From the human T2T-CHM13v2.0 reference genome, Homo sapiens, in NCBI RefSeq assembly GCF_009914755.1, contig NC_060942.1: a stretch of 64,000 bases of DNA; one strand, 5' to 3'. The notes under the pieces were generated by a model that searched no databases, was not told the DNA's origin, and was given only the letters and a program-made list of their open reading frames with translations. The position numbers were made by a program, and so were the translations under genes. Positions 27,446-39,545 of this stretch are shown one piece after another. Numbering within the stretch: the stretch's first letter is position 1; each line of letters begins with the position of its first letter.

Positions 27446-27616
27446 AAGAATTCTTGCTTTCCTGCATCTTCCAAGTATCCTGATCATGCCAGCATGCCTG
27501 TTGTGGTAATATAGCCTTTGAGGCTGTTCATATTACCTTGGGTTTTGTGTGCATGGTTCCAAGGAGGATAAAAGATAAGTAAAATACTTGGAGATACAAA
27601 CACAATATAGAAGCCA

Positions 27617-27794
27617 ATAGTATCTCCAAGCAGGCAGGAGCCAGCTATACCAAAAGCAAAAGTAAAAAGTATCAGCTTATGAGATCTATGGACAGAATTT
27701 TCTCCTCTCCCCTGCCTGGATGATAGTATCTCCAAGTAGCCAGCTATAGCAAAAGCAAAAGTAAGAAGTATCAGGTTATGGAATCTATGGACAG
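27617..27794. repeat. Two-copy local direct repeat (~72-79 bp, offset 106 bp)
   Basis: atagtatctccaag...agccagctata.caaaagcaaaagtaa.aagtatcag.ttatg..atctatggacag at 27617-27695 and 27723-27794. Confidence 0.9.
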
Positions 27795-28265
27795 GCAGAA
27801 TCAAGTGCCTACCTGACCAAGACCCCCCATTCACCACATCATTTGTGTTTCCCCTTGACCAGATGCAAGGTTAAGTCCCCTTCAACTTCCTATGAAACCA
27901 AGTCCTATAAGAGTATCAGATTTTGTGCCAGCTTCAGCTCTAGGTGATAGCACAACCTCTAAATTATTATCACTCAGCTCATTATTCAGGGCAATTGCCC
28001 CAGGAGAAACAAGCCTGTCTGAGCTGGGACATGTGCCCCTCTATCCTCCAATGTCTTTATGGTCAGACTGTCTTCTTAAAACTTTTACCTCCACCTCATG
28101 AGTGCCACTGTATTGGAATCCTGCTTCCTTAGGTTTCCATCCGATAAGGTGATAACAATAGACATGCTTTAGTGTGTGCCTTCGAATTGGGTATTTCTGT
28201 TCTCAGTATAGGATATGAATATCAGATTCCCAAAGTAATTTTTATTTTCTATATATAGCTGGCAT

Positions 28266-29092
28266 TTTTCTTTTTTTAAAAAAATCACAACTTTTAGTTT
28301 AGATACAGAGGGCACATGTGCAGGTTTGTTACATGGGACCATAACATGATCCTGAGGTTTGGGGTATGGATCTCTCACCCAGGTAGTGAGCATAGTACCC
28401 AATAGGTAGTTTATTAACTCACGTCCCCTCCTTCCATCCTCCCTCTAGTAGGCCACAGTGTCTACTGTTCCAATATTTATGTCCATGTGTGCTTAATGTT
28501 TAGCTCCCACTTATAAGTGGGAACACGTAGTATTTGGTTTTCTGTTCCTGCATTCATTCTTTTAAGATTATGACCTTTAACTGCATCCATGTTGCTGCAG
28601 AGGACATAATTTCATTATTTTTTATGGCTAAACGGTATTCCATGGGCTATATGTACCATGTATTCTTTATCCCCTCTACTACTGATGGGCACCTGGGTTG
28701 ATTCCATGTCTTTGCTATTGTGAATAGTGCAGCAATGAGCATACAAGTTCATGTGTCTTTTTCGTAGAATGATTTCTTTTCCTTTGGGTATAATGGAATT
28801 GCTGAGTCAACTGGTAGCTCTGTTTTAAGTTCTTTGAGAAATCTCCAAAATGCTTTCCACAGTGGCTGAACTAATTTACATTCCCACAAGTGTGTGTAAG
28901 TGTTCCCTTTTCTCCACAGCTTCGTCAGCATCTGCTGTTTTTTGACTTTTGAATAGTAGCCATTCTGACTGGCATGAGATGGCGTCTCACTGTGGTTTTG
29001 ACTTACATTTCTCTAATGATTAGTGATGATGAGCATTCTTTCACGTTTGTTGGCTGCTCATATGTCTTCTTTTGAGAAGTGTCAGTTCATGT
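28266..29092 (-). mobile_element. L1PA15/16-L1PB-like 3' end
   Basis: acatgtgcaggtttgttacatggg...tttagctcccacttataagtg; ORF 28749-28931 (WECKLVQPLWK..WRFLKELKTELP) is the L1 ORF2 C-terminus. Confidence 0.92.
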
Positions 29093-29734
29093 CATTTATC
29101 CTACTTTCATTCAGAATGATTTCCCAGACAATCTTGGTTTTTAAGAAAAAAAGTACTATTTCAGAATTTAACCTTTCTTTTTTGTGGTTTTGTTATTTCA
29201 GTCCATTTCATTGTATTATTGTTCTCTGTCCACAGCTGGGTTCAAGTAAATTTGTCACATCATTTGCACACAACGCTATTTTAAAACACACTCCTCTTGG
29301 TTTCACATTTTTTCATTATTTTCAAAACATCTGCTGTGTTGGTTGTTTTCCCAAAACCAATGTGGGATTTTTGAAAATAATATTATTCAGTTTTTCTCAT
29401 GTATGTTACTCATATTTTGTGTGAATTATTTCAAATGGCTCATGCAACATGCATAACGTGATTCTTGTAAAAATGTTTCTCTAAATTGCTTCTCTGCAAA
29501 TTGGAGGGTAGGGAAACTGGAAGTATGGGCATACATCATGGAAAGGACTGCAGTTTCATCACTGTACATCATTTAGGGGAAATCCTTGGCCAACAATCAT
29601 GGAAGGAGATTGCACTCCTCCTTTCCTGCCCTAAACTTATTAACAGGTTAAATTTTAAAAGCAGTGAATGAATAAAATCCTAAAACCTGCAAGAGAAAAA
29701 CATGAGTCACAAGGGTTTTGACACAGTTCTTCTT

Positions 29735-29972
29735 CTTGTTTTCTTTCCTTTTTTCTTTCTCTTTTTTTGAGACGGAGTCTTGCTCTGTCACCCAGGCTGG
29801 AGTACAGTGGTGTGATCTCGGCTCACTGCAACCTCCGCCTTCTGGGTTTAAGTGATTCTTGAACACCACCACACTCAGCTACTTCTTTTTTGTATTTTTA
29901 GTAGGGACGGTGTTTTGCCATGTTGGTCAGACTGATCTCGAACTCCTGACCTCAGGTGATTCACCTGCCTTT
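29735..29972 (-). mobile_element. AluSx-like, 5'-truncated with an internal deletion
   Basis: Antisense Alu with a jump at gtgattcttg|aacaccacc. TSD acacagttcttctt (29721) / acataattcttctt (29973). Confidence 0.9.
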
Positions 29973-31150
29973 ACATAATTCTTCTTAATTTAAGATAATA
30001 TTAAGTAAAAATCAGATATTACCTACACTGTGTTCTCATTCCTCTGCGTACACAATTTCATTTCCTGAATACTTCCACAAACCTAGCAGAATGACAGACC
30101 TCACCATGCACAACAAGCATTTCCCCAGCATTAGAGGGGGACAGAAGAGGTCTGTTTGCAGTCAGCCTTCCTGGACACACTCAGGGCGCTGCTTCTCCCT
30201 TCAAAATAACCTCTCTTCATCTTTGCTTCTTTAGTAATTCAGACTGATTACACCCAATTACAAATTTTCCTTCCTATGTTGGGACACTGAAAGACTATCT
30301 GAAAGATAATAACATCAGTTCTTAAACAAAAGAATACAAATAGCACGAAGTAGCAAAGTATATAAAAAGTCTTACAACATAGTAGGAGATAAAAACAATG
30401 AAGACTATTTCATGTTGTCATTCTTTTGCTTTGTGTGCATTATATCTTGGAACTGGAATGACCCAAGCGTTGTCTCCTTTAGGGACAGTTTATCAAATCA
30501 GTGCTTTCCTAGGTGAAGGAAAGACTGTGAGTGTGTCTGTAGTCAAGAGTTTTGGCAAACTGAGGCAGGAGCACCAAGGACCTGCTGATGTATCCTATAC
30601 CTGTTTTTCTTACAAATATCTGTAGCAGTTTTGAGTTGTCACATTGAATTCTTGCATTTTACCAAGAAGAGTGCCAAATGCATCTCATCTCATCTCATCT
30701 GGCAAAATTATGATCCCAGTAAAATAATGACATTTCACTTGAAAACAACAAAGGTCTCAGTTTTTGGATATGGGTACTCCAACAGCCCAGAGAACACCAT
30801 TCACAAGTTATATTTCAACTGGTTACTAATTTATATAATATATCTGGCCTGGGATTGAGTTTGTTCAATTTCCAACTCTATAGATTCTATATTTTTAATT
30901 AATTGTTTACTTATTGCCAGACCTGAGTGTTTTATTTTAGCATTATTCAGAATAAAATTATCTAAAATCAAAGTGAATCCTTTTTCTCCACCACTCATAT
31001 GGTCCAAGAATAATGTTCTTGGCTTTAATCATCTGTGACTCAAACACTATGCAGTTGTATTAGGTTGTACCTGTTTTTTCAACCAAAAATAAAGTGGGTA
31101 CTATTAATTAGGAACCCCCTAGCTCAATAACTGTGTCCCTCATAAGGGCC

Positions 31151-31360
31151 CTGACAGTAATGTCAGTTGTTTTAGGTAAATTGGCAAACAAAGTTTTTAA
31201 CACATTGTTAGAATTTTCCAGCCTTTTCCTCCAACTGTCAGTGATTGATGGAAAGTCAGATATTTTCACAGTCTGCAATACGTAAGACTATAAACTTAAT
31301 AAAACAAGTTAGCAGGATAGCAAGTCAGCTGACACTTTTGACAGCCCCATCTTGACATTG
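31151..31360. promoter_or_regulatory. Candidate developmental enhancer (TALE/PBX-HOX/SOX motif cluster)
   Basis: Six TGACA/TGTCA sites, CTGTCA-G-TGATTGATGG, AACAAAG and CATTGTT in non-repetitive sequence. Motif evidence only. Confidence 0.4.
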
Positions 31361-31876
31361 TAAATTCCCAAGCATTTCTCACCATTTACTCCCATTTGAC
31401 CCTCAGTGAATGAGATAGCTTCAGTCGGCAGAATGTTGTACACTTTACCTTATTTGCCCTCTGCTATTACAAATTCTTCTTCCTCTCTATACCTGATAAT
31501 TAAAGTGACTCATTTTGAAACATTGATTTTTCTTTTTTCTGAGCCTCTAAAATAAATTTTTTATTATTATAATTGTGTATTCCAACAGATAGTTTCAGCT
31601 CAGGTGGCTTTTGGGCTATTAATTTTTAAATTATCTAATTATTAATTAATATTTTTTAACTAGCCTCATCCATCATAATAACAAAATGTTATATGGCTTT
31701 GGCATTGTGTCCCATGTCTATAGCTGCAGAGTTTTTTTTCCTTTCACAATTTTCATTCTCTTGAATATTCCATCCTGCTAAATAGAAACATTAAATTTAT
31801 ATTTATATTCATATTTTGTTGGATGCATTTAATATACTTAATTAATATGTCCATGTAGCAATCACCCAAAGTGTTT

Positions 31877-32326
31877 TGTAATAAATGCAGTTGACGCCTG
31901 TCTGTACCCACTTAAGCCTTACACAAAGTTCTCTCAACTGTGAATCTTCTCTAAAAGTGGAGTGGTCTCTTTCTCCTTCCATGGTATGACAGAAGTACTG
32001 GGAAATATAAGACTCCCTTGCCACCCAGGAGCAAACTCCAACAATACTTGATGGGGGTGGCCTGTAAACATCCCAACTCCCTACCTCGTGGATGGGGAAA
32101 CAGCCTGAGGCACATGTTAGACACTGACTCCCAGAGTTCTCCAACAGGATTCAGCTCTGATCACCAGCAGCGGTACTGGCTTGATAATGTACCCTGCATT
32201 GGCTGCCTTCACATCCTTGGCTCACTTCCTTGGGTCCCTACGCCAGTCTTCAGATGATCTCCAAAAAAAATACTTGATGTGAAATGTTTTCTCAACGATT
32301 GATTCTGAGGCACCTAAACTTCTACA
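31877..32326 (+). mobile_element. LTR16-family ERVL LTR
   Basis: tgtaataaatgcagttg...aaacatcccaactccctacctc...cagagttctccaacaggattcagctc...ggcttgataatgtaccctgcattggctgcc...cctaaacttctaca. Confidence 0.8.
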
Positions 32327-32893
32327 AATGGCTGAGTCTAACACTTGGCAATTGCTCTTCACATCTGTGGGAAAGATGGGGAGATACACACTGCCATGAA
32401 TCTTTCTTTAAAAATTTAATTTCAAAATAGTTTATCTGCAGTGCCAATAAGTTGTCCACAGAAAATTTAAAATTGGTTTCCACAAAGAACCATAAATTTT
32501 TCGCAGAAAATTTAGGCTGAAGTTCACAATGTTTAGACATTGTACTGATTTAGTGTAGTGGGAAAATCAGAAAACCAGTCACCAGAATTAGTTGATAAAC
32601 TCAGGCAAAACAATGTGCCTTATAGACCTAAGAACATCTAATGTAAGAATAAATGTAGAGTCTCAGCATACAGCAAGAAATCCTAATTCTAAAATCTGGA
32701 TCTTCTCATTGGTCTTGAAGCTTTTACCTACTATAACTATTTTTTTAACCTACTAGAAGCTTTTACCTGCCAAAATGCCTTTTTTCAGAAGTTCCAAAAG
32801 AAAGGACGTTTTTGTATTTTCTTGAACACTGACTTTCTATCTTGACTATATGAAGACACTTTTCTCACAATCTTTTCCTTTCCTAAAAATTTT

Positions 32894-33053
32894 GGGCAGG
32901 TGTGGTGGCTCACACCTGTAATTCTAGTGTATTGAAAGGCCAAGAAAGGGGACCGCTTGAGGCCAGGAGCTCGAGACCAGCCTCAGCAAAATAGCAAGAC
33001 CCCCATCTCTACAATAAATGAAAACATTAGCTGGGCATGGTGATATGCACCTG
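32894..33053 (+). mobile_element. Alu left monomer plus start of right arm (AluJ/FLAM_C-like), truncated by a GATA repeat
   Basis: ggcaggtgtggtggctcacacctgtaa...gaggccaggagctcgagaccagcc...ttagctgggcatggtg. Confidence 0.85.
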
Positions 33054-33065
33054 TATCTAGAAGGA

Positions 33066-33141
33066 AGATAGATGGTAGATAGATAGATAGATAGATAGAT
33101 AGATTAGATAGATAGATAGATAGATGATAGATAGATAGATG
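33066..33141. repeat. (GATA)n tetranucleotide STR, interrupted
   Basis: agatagatggtagatagatagatag...gatagat. Confidence 0.95.
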
Positions 33142-33199
33142 TATATGTATAGAAATATACATCTCTCTCCCTCTCTCTCTCTACATATATACACATATA

Positions 33200-33327
33200 T
33201 ATATATATGGAGAAGATTTCAAAGAATTTCTACTTATTTTATTGCATGCATCTGAAAACATTGTTCTGAGAGTCCATAGGTGTCAGATTTCCAAAGGGTC
33301 CCAGGACACAAAGAAAGTTCAACTCCT
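33200..33327 (+). mobile_element. MER103C-like hAT fragment
   Basis: aaaacattgttctgagagtccatagg...ccaaagggtcccaggacacaaagaaagtt. Confidence 0.6.
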
Positions 33328-33352
33328 TCATTAATGTCAAAATGTTTAGCTT

Positions 33353-33652
33353 GGACCCACTGCAGTGACTCACATTTGTAATCCCAGCATTTTGGGAGGC
33401 CAAGGCGGGCAGATCCCTTAAGGCCAGGAAATCGAGACCAGCCTGGCCAACATGGTGAAATGCCATCTCTACTGAAAATACAAAAATTAGCCTGGCATGG
33501 TGGTGCGTGCCTGTAGTCCCAGCTACTCAGGAAGCTGAGGCATGAAAATCATTTGAAACAGGGAGGCAAAGGTTGCAGTTAGCCGAGATCACACCACTGC
33601 ACTCCACTCTGGGTGACAGAGCAAGACTCCATCTTGGGAGAAGAAAAAAAAA
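33353..33652 (+). mobile_element. Alu, full length (AluSx/Sz-like)
   Basis: Dimeric Alu with A-rich linker and tail. Confidence 0.92.
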
Positions 33653-33699
33653 GGAAATGTTAGGTATCAAAACACCGAAACAGAAATGAAGAATGCCTT

Positions 33700-34810
33700 T
33701 AAACCATAGAAGAAAATCTAGGCAATATGATTCAGAATATAGGCATGGGAGAAGATTTAACAATAAAAATGTCAAAAGCAATTGCAACACAAGCAAAAAT
33801 TGACAAATGGGATCTAATGAAACTAAAGAGCTTTCACACAGCAAAAGAAACTATCATCAGAGTGAACAGACAACCTACAGAATGGGAGAAAATTGTTGTA
33901 ATCTATGAATCAGACAAAGGTCTAATATGCAGAATCTACAAAGAACTTAAACAAATTTACAAGAAAAAAAGAACAACCCCATAAAAAAGTGGGCAAAGGG
34001 CATGAACAGACACTTCTCAAAAGAAAACATTTATGTGGCCAACAGACATATGAAAAAAAGCTCAACATCATTGATCACTGGAGAACAACCACAATGAGAT
34101 ACCATCTCATGCCAGTCAGTATGGAGATTATTAAAAAGTCAAGAAACAGCAGATACTGGTAAGGCTGCAGAGAAATCAAAATGCTTTTACACTGTTGGTG
34201 GGAATGTAAATTAGTTCAATCATTGTGGAAGACAGTGTGCTGATTCCTCAAAGACCTATAACCAGAAATACCATTTGACCCAGCAATCCCATTACTGGGT
34301 ATATACTCAAAGGAACATAAATCATTCCATTATAAAGGTACATGCACACGTTTGTTCATTGCAGCACTATTCACAATCACAAAGATATGTAATCAACCCA
34401 AATGCCCATCAATGATAGATTGGATAAAGAAAATGAGGTACATATACATCATGGAATGCTATGCAACCATAAAAAGGAATGAGATCACGTTCTTTGCAGG
34501 GCTATGGATGGAGCTGGAAGCCATTATCCTAAGCAAACTAATGCAGGAACAGAAAACCAAACACCACATGTTCTCACTTATAAATGAGAGCTGAACAATG
34601 TGAACACAGGACACAGGAAGGGAAACAACACACACTGGGTCCTGTCAGGGGGCAGGGTGAGGGAGAGCATCAGGATAAATAGCTAATGCATGCTGGGCTT
34701 AATACCTAGGTGATGGGTTGATAGGTGCAGCAAATCACCATGGCACACGTTTACCTTTGTAACAAACCTGTACATCCTGCACATGTACCCCAGAACTTAA
34801 AAAAAAAAAG
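33700..34810 (+). mobile_element. L1PA (about L1PA8-10) 3' 1.1 kb
   Basis: ORF 33727-33984 ([37 protein letters not shown]) and 34352-34594 (MFIAALFTI...PKCPSMIDWIKKM) are L1 ORF2; canonical 3'UTR and poly-A. Confidence 0.95.
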
Positions 34811-34812
34811 TG

Positions 34813-35085
34813 AGCTGGGAGCGGTGGCTCACACTTGTAATCCCAACACTTTGGGGGGCCAAGGCAGGCAGATCACGAGGTCAGGAGATGGAGACCATCC
34901 TGGCTAACATGGTGAAATCCCGTCTCTACTGAAAATACAAAAAATCAGCCGGGCGTGGTGGCAGGTGTCTGTAGTCCCAGCTACTCGCTTGAGTCCAGGA
35001 GGCAGAGGTTGCAGTGAGCCAAGATCGCACCACTGCACTCCAGCCTGAGTGACAGAGGGAGACTCCATCTCAAAAAAAAAAAAAA
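34813..35085 (+). mobile_element. AluSc/Y-like element in the L1 poly-A, with an internal ~22-nt deletion
   Basis: gatcacgaggtcaggagat.gagaccatcctggctaac; junction ctactc|gcttgag. Confidence 0.9.
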
Positions 35086-36584
35086 TGTATATCCAAGTTT
35101 AGAAGAATGATAAACTCTAGAAAAGGAGAAATGGAAATAGGGTAAAAAGAGTTACAGCTTGAGTTCCGGTCTATTAGTGTTTTACTACTTTTAAAAACCT
35201 ACAGTAATTTTGCTAATGGCATTTGTTAAATCTGGATCATGGATATATGGTTATTTATTAAAATTCTATCTATTTGTATTTGTATATTTGAAATATTTTA
35301 TAATGAAAAACGACTTCCTTTCCCTGATGTTTACGTTAATCTATTTAAACTGCAAGAATATATGCTCACAAATAAATGTATTTTTGGAGTACTGAATATA
35401 CCCAGTCATGTATTTACTTTCAAAATGACTTAATTGGCTTTGTGATGTTTATTTAATCAAATTATCATCACCATATGTTGTGGAAATATTCTATTCATAT
35501 GACCTTTCCCCATGCTCTGGGAAATGAAAAATATTAGGGTTATGTTTATAGTCTTAGTTTTCCCTAACTCTTATACAGTTTAAATGTCTCAAGATACTCA
35601 ACTAATTTTTGAAAGAATGGAAATAAAATGAATATTACTTATTTATTCAGAAAAAGTCTAAGTGAGTAACGTGATTTACTCTTTGCATAGCAACCTAAGG
35701 ATGTTACACCAAAAATAGAAACTTGTAACAAATATTACTGAATATTGAAGACAAAACGACATCAGTACACGCAATAGTATATTTGTATAACATTGTCTAC
35801 GATACACAAATAAAAATATGAAAGACCAATACTTATAAAATCTAAGTTCCCAATAATTTTAGTTGATTTCATTCCCTTATATATTAGAAAATCTCATTTA
35901 GTTCCTGAACATTTTATGTATTGATAATGAAGATTGAAAAAATTCAAATGTGTAGCTATATAACTGGTTAAAATTATTGTAATCTTTCTGCCTTACACAT
36001 AGTTAATAAATACTTTTAGTTAAATGCAATATTGAATAAGAGAACCATTCTTAGTTCTTAGATTAATTCTTAGTTTATTGCTTTAAATAAATCAGAGCAA
36101 CTTTCTAAACAAATCTGAATTCCAGGAGTGCTGTTATTTTGTACCATCCATCCTGGCATTCAGACCAGTTGGATGAAATGCAATGGTGTGCTCTTTCATG
36201 GTAATTATAATCATATCATGGAAAAGCCACTTGTTTTGCACTTCTCCCCACACATTGCAGAGCAGAGTCCCACTTCTTCCCTATCTCTAATGGATGCATG
36301 GCAAAAGTAGAAGTTACAAAAAATTAATTATATTTAATCTGCCAATTCAACCTAATTGATACTTATAAAACACTCCACCCAAAAACAGAATGTACATTAT
36401 TTTCAAGATTATATAACATATTCATGAAGATAGATCATATTTGAGGCCATAAAAAATACTTCAAAAACGTAAAAAGTTAGAAATCATGCAACATATACTC
36501 TCTGATCACAAAGGAATTAAACAGTAAATCAATAAGAGAATAGTATCTTTTAAAAATCCTCAATTGCGGAAATTAGTACAATAC

Positions 36585-37059
36585 TGTGTTAGTTTCCTGA
36601 GGCTGCTGTAACGCATTCTCTCAAATTTAGTGGCTTAAGACAACAGAAATTTATTCTCTCACAGTTTTGAAAGCCAGAAATCTAAAATCAGTATCAGGAG
36701 ACCAAACCCAGGTGTCAGAAGGGCCACACTCGTTATGGAGGCTCGAGGGAATAATTTCTTTCTTGCCTCTTCCAGTTTCTTACGGCCGCCCTAACTTGTG
36801 GCTGCATCATTCCAATTTCTGCATCCATGACTTCTTTCTCCTCTTTCTCTGTGCATATCAAATCTCCCTCTGCCTCTCTCTTATAAGAACCTGGAATTAG
36901 ATTTAGAGCATTCCAGAAAAATATCCAGGATAATCTCCTTATATCAGAATCCTTACCATCATCACATCTGCAGAGACCCTTTTTCTTTATAAAGCAACAT
37001 TTACAGGTTCCAGGGACTAAGACTGGTATCTTTGGGTGGGCATCATTCAGCCTACTACA
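36585..37059 (-). mobile_element. MaLR LTR, MLT1B/C-like
   Basis: tgtgttagtttcctgaggctgctgtaac...aacagaaatttattctctcacagtt...cattcagcctactaca. Confidence 0.88.
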
Positions 37060-38750
37060 ACCACACTTCTAAATAACTCATGGGCCAAAGATGGCATCAC
37101 AAGGAAAATTTGAAAATATTTTTAATTAAAAAGAAATAAAGCTACAAAATTAAATTTTTTGACCTGTAGCTAAAACAGTGTTTATTAGGAAATTTATAGC
37201 ATGAAATGCTTAAGCTAGAAAAAAAAGAAGTACTCAAATCAACTATTTCAACTTCCACCTTAAGAAACTAGATATGAAGAGAAAATTAAAGCCAAAGCAA
37301 GAAGGAAATAATATAAACAAGAGTAGAAATCAATGTAATTAAGAACAAAACCAATAAAAACAATAAAACCAAAATCTCTGATACTAACCTTGATGGAACA
37401 CAAAATTGTCATTATGTATATTTGCCTCCAATGCCAATATGAATTGCATATAATAACAGCTAAAATGTAGGAACTATATGTTTTTTGCATTCTTTAGAAT
37501 GACAAAAGTAACATTCCAGACATATTGATCAAAAATGAAAAGGAGAAGCACAAATTATCAGCAACAAGAATCAAAAAAAGGGGCATCACTGGAGTTCCCA
37601 CAGATGTTAAAAGAACAATAATGAAGCAAGCTTTTATCCGTTGCCAGTAAATTCAAGAATTTACATAATGCATAAGTTTCTTGAAATTTATTATATTTTT
37701 AAACTATTAAATAAATGACTTTGTGCTTCAAAACCTTTTGATAGAAAAATTCTGGTCCAGGTAGCTTCACTGGTGAATTTTACCAAACATATAACTAAGA
37801 AGCAATACTAATCCTACACAAATATTTCCTGAAAATAGAAGTGGAGGGAATATATCTCGATTCATTTTATAAAGCCTGAATTGCCAGCAAATCAAATCTA
37901 GAAATATGTGACAAGAAAAATATATACTGACCAAGCAAGATTTGTTCTAGGATACAAAATACAAGGTTGGTTAAATCAATGAATTTATCATACTGATAAG
38001 ACCAAAAGCTAAACCAAACCATGTGATCAACAGAATAGATTTTTAAAAATTATTTGGCCAAATTTAACAAATATCCATGATAAAATTCTCAGGAAATGTG
38101 AATAGCTTAGATTTTTCTTGACTTGATAATGCAAGTCTTGACTTGACTTGACTTTATATCACTGATATAAAAAGATGAATGCTTTAGTCATAAGACTGGG
38201 GTCAAGTTAAGGATGCTCCTTCCATCTCTTTACTCAATCAATACCATCCTAGAAACTCAAGTCAATTCTGTAAGGCAAAAACCAGTAACAATAGAAATCA
38301 TTTAGGTTGGGAAGTAATACCATTTTAATACATAAATGACATAATTGCCTTTGTAGAAAATCCCAAACAATCTAGTCTGATGAGTTACTTTACCATGTTT
38401 GCAGGAAAGTCAATGAGAAAAAAATCAATTACATCTCTTTATACTAGCAATGATCCATTGAAAATAAATTTTTAAAATGTTCATAAAACATCACAAAACA
38501 TAAAATACTTAGTGATAAATTCAACAAAATGCGAGATTGTACACTGAAAAATGCAAAACATAGCTAAGAGAAATTGAAGATCTAAGTAAATGTAGAAACA
38601 CATCATTTTTTATGCATTGAAAATCTCAATTTTTTAAGATGTCACCTCTTCAATATTAGTCTACAAATGCATTGCTATCACATTAAGAAAACCCAGAAGG
38701 CTTTTTAAAAATAGAAACTAATAAATTGATTATAAAATTTATATGGAAAG

Positions 38751-39545
38751 TTGATTAGTCTCCTATGTGTCACTTTGAAGCACAGAATGTTATTCTCTCA
38801 CAGTTGTGAAAGCCAGAACTGTAAAATCAAGGTATTGGAAGAGTTGGTTTCTTCTGGAGGATTTGGAGGAGAGTCTTGTCTAGTGACTGCCAATAATCCC
38901 TGGCATTCCTTGGTTTACAGTAACATCACTCCAATCTCTGCCTCTGTCTTCACAGGACTTCTCCTTCTGTGTCTCTATGTGCCTTCGTTTCTCTTAAAAG
39001 GTGATCTGGTTTGGCTATGTCCTCACCCAAATTTCATCTTGAATTGTAGTTTCCATAATCCCCACGTGTCATGGGAGGGGCCTGGTGGGAGGTAATTGAA
39101 TCATGGAGCGGTTACCCCCATGCTGTTCTCATGATAATCAGTAAGTTCTTACAAGATCCGATGGTTTTATAAGGGGCTTTTCCCCCTTCCTCAGCATTTC
39201 TCCTTCCTGCCACCATGTGAAGAAAGATAAAACATATCTTTCCACCATGATTTTAAGTTTCTTGATGGCTCACGGCCCTGCAGAGCTGTGAGTCAATTAA
39301 ACCTCCTTCCTTTATAAATTACCCTGTCTCAGGCAGTTCTTCTTAGCAGCGTGAAAACAGACTAATGCAGAAGAATACTTGTCGTTGGATTTAGGGCTCA
39401 CCCTAATCCAAATAATCTTATCTCAAGACCTTTACCTTAGTTACATTAGCCAAAACCATTTTTTCCAAACAAGGTCACACTCAGAGGCCCTGGAGTATAG
39501 AACTTAATCACGTCATTTTTGTGAGACACAATTCAACCCACTGCA
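38751..39545 (-). mobile_element. MaLR LTR, MLT1B-like, split by THE1
   Basis: tattctctcacagtt...catcactccaatctctgcctctgtcttcaca / ttggatttagggctcaccctaatcc...cacaattcaacccactgca. Near-TSD gaaag/aaaag. Confidence 0.85.
39002..39369 (+). mobile_element. THE1 (THE1D-like) solo LTR
   Basis: tgatctggtttggctatgtcctcacccaaatttcatcttgaattgtag...gagtcaattaaacctc...cagactaatgca. Confidence 0.92.

Noticed and set aside
29735-33652. Oppositely oriented Alus that could form dsRNA
   Set aside because: About 3 kb apart, diverged and truncated; a common arrangement with no evidence of transcription.
33727-34594. L1 ORF2-like peptides
   Set aside because: 5'-truncated, frameshifted L1PA remnant, not an active element or gene.
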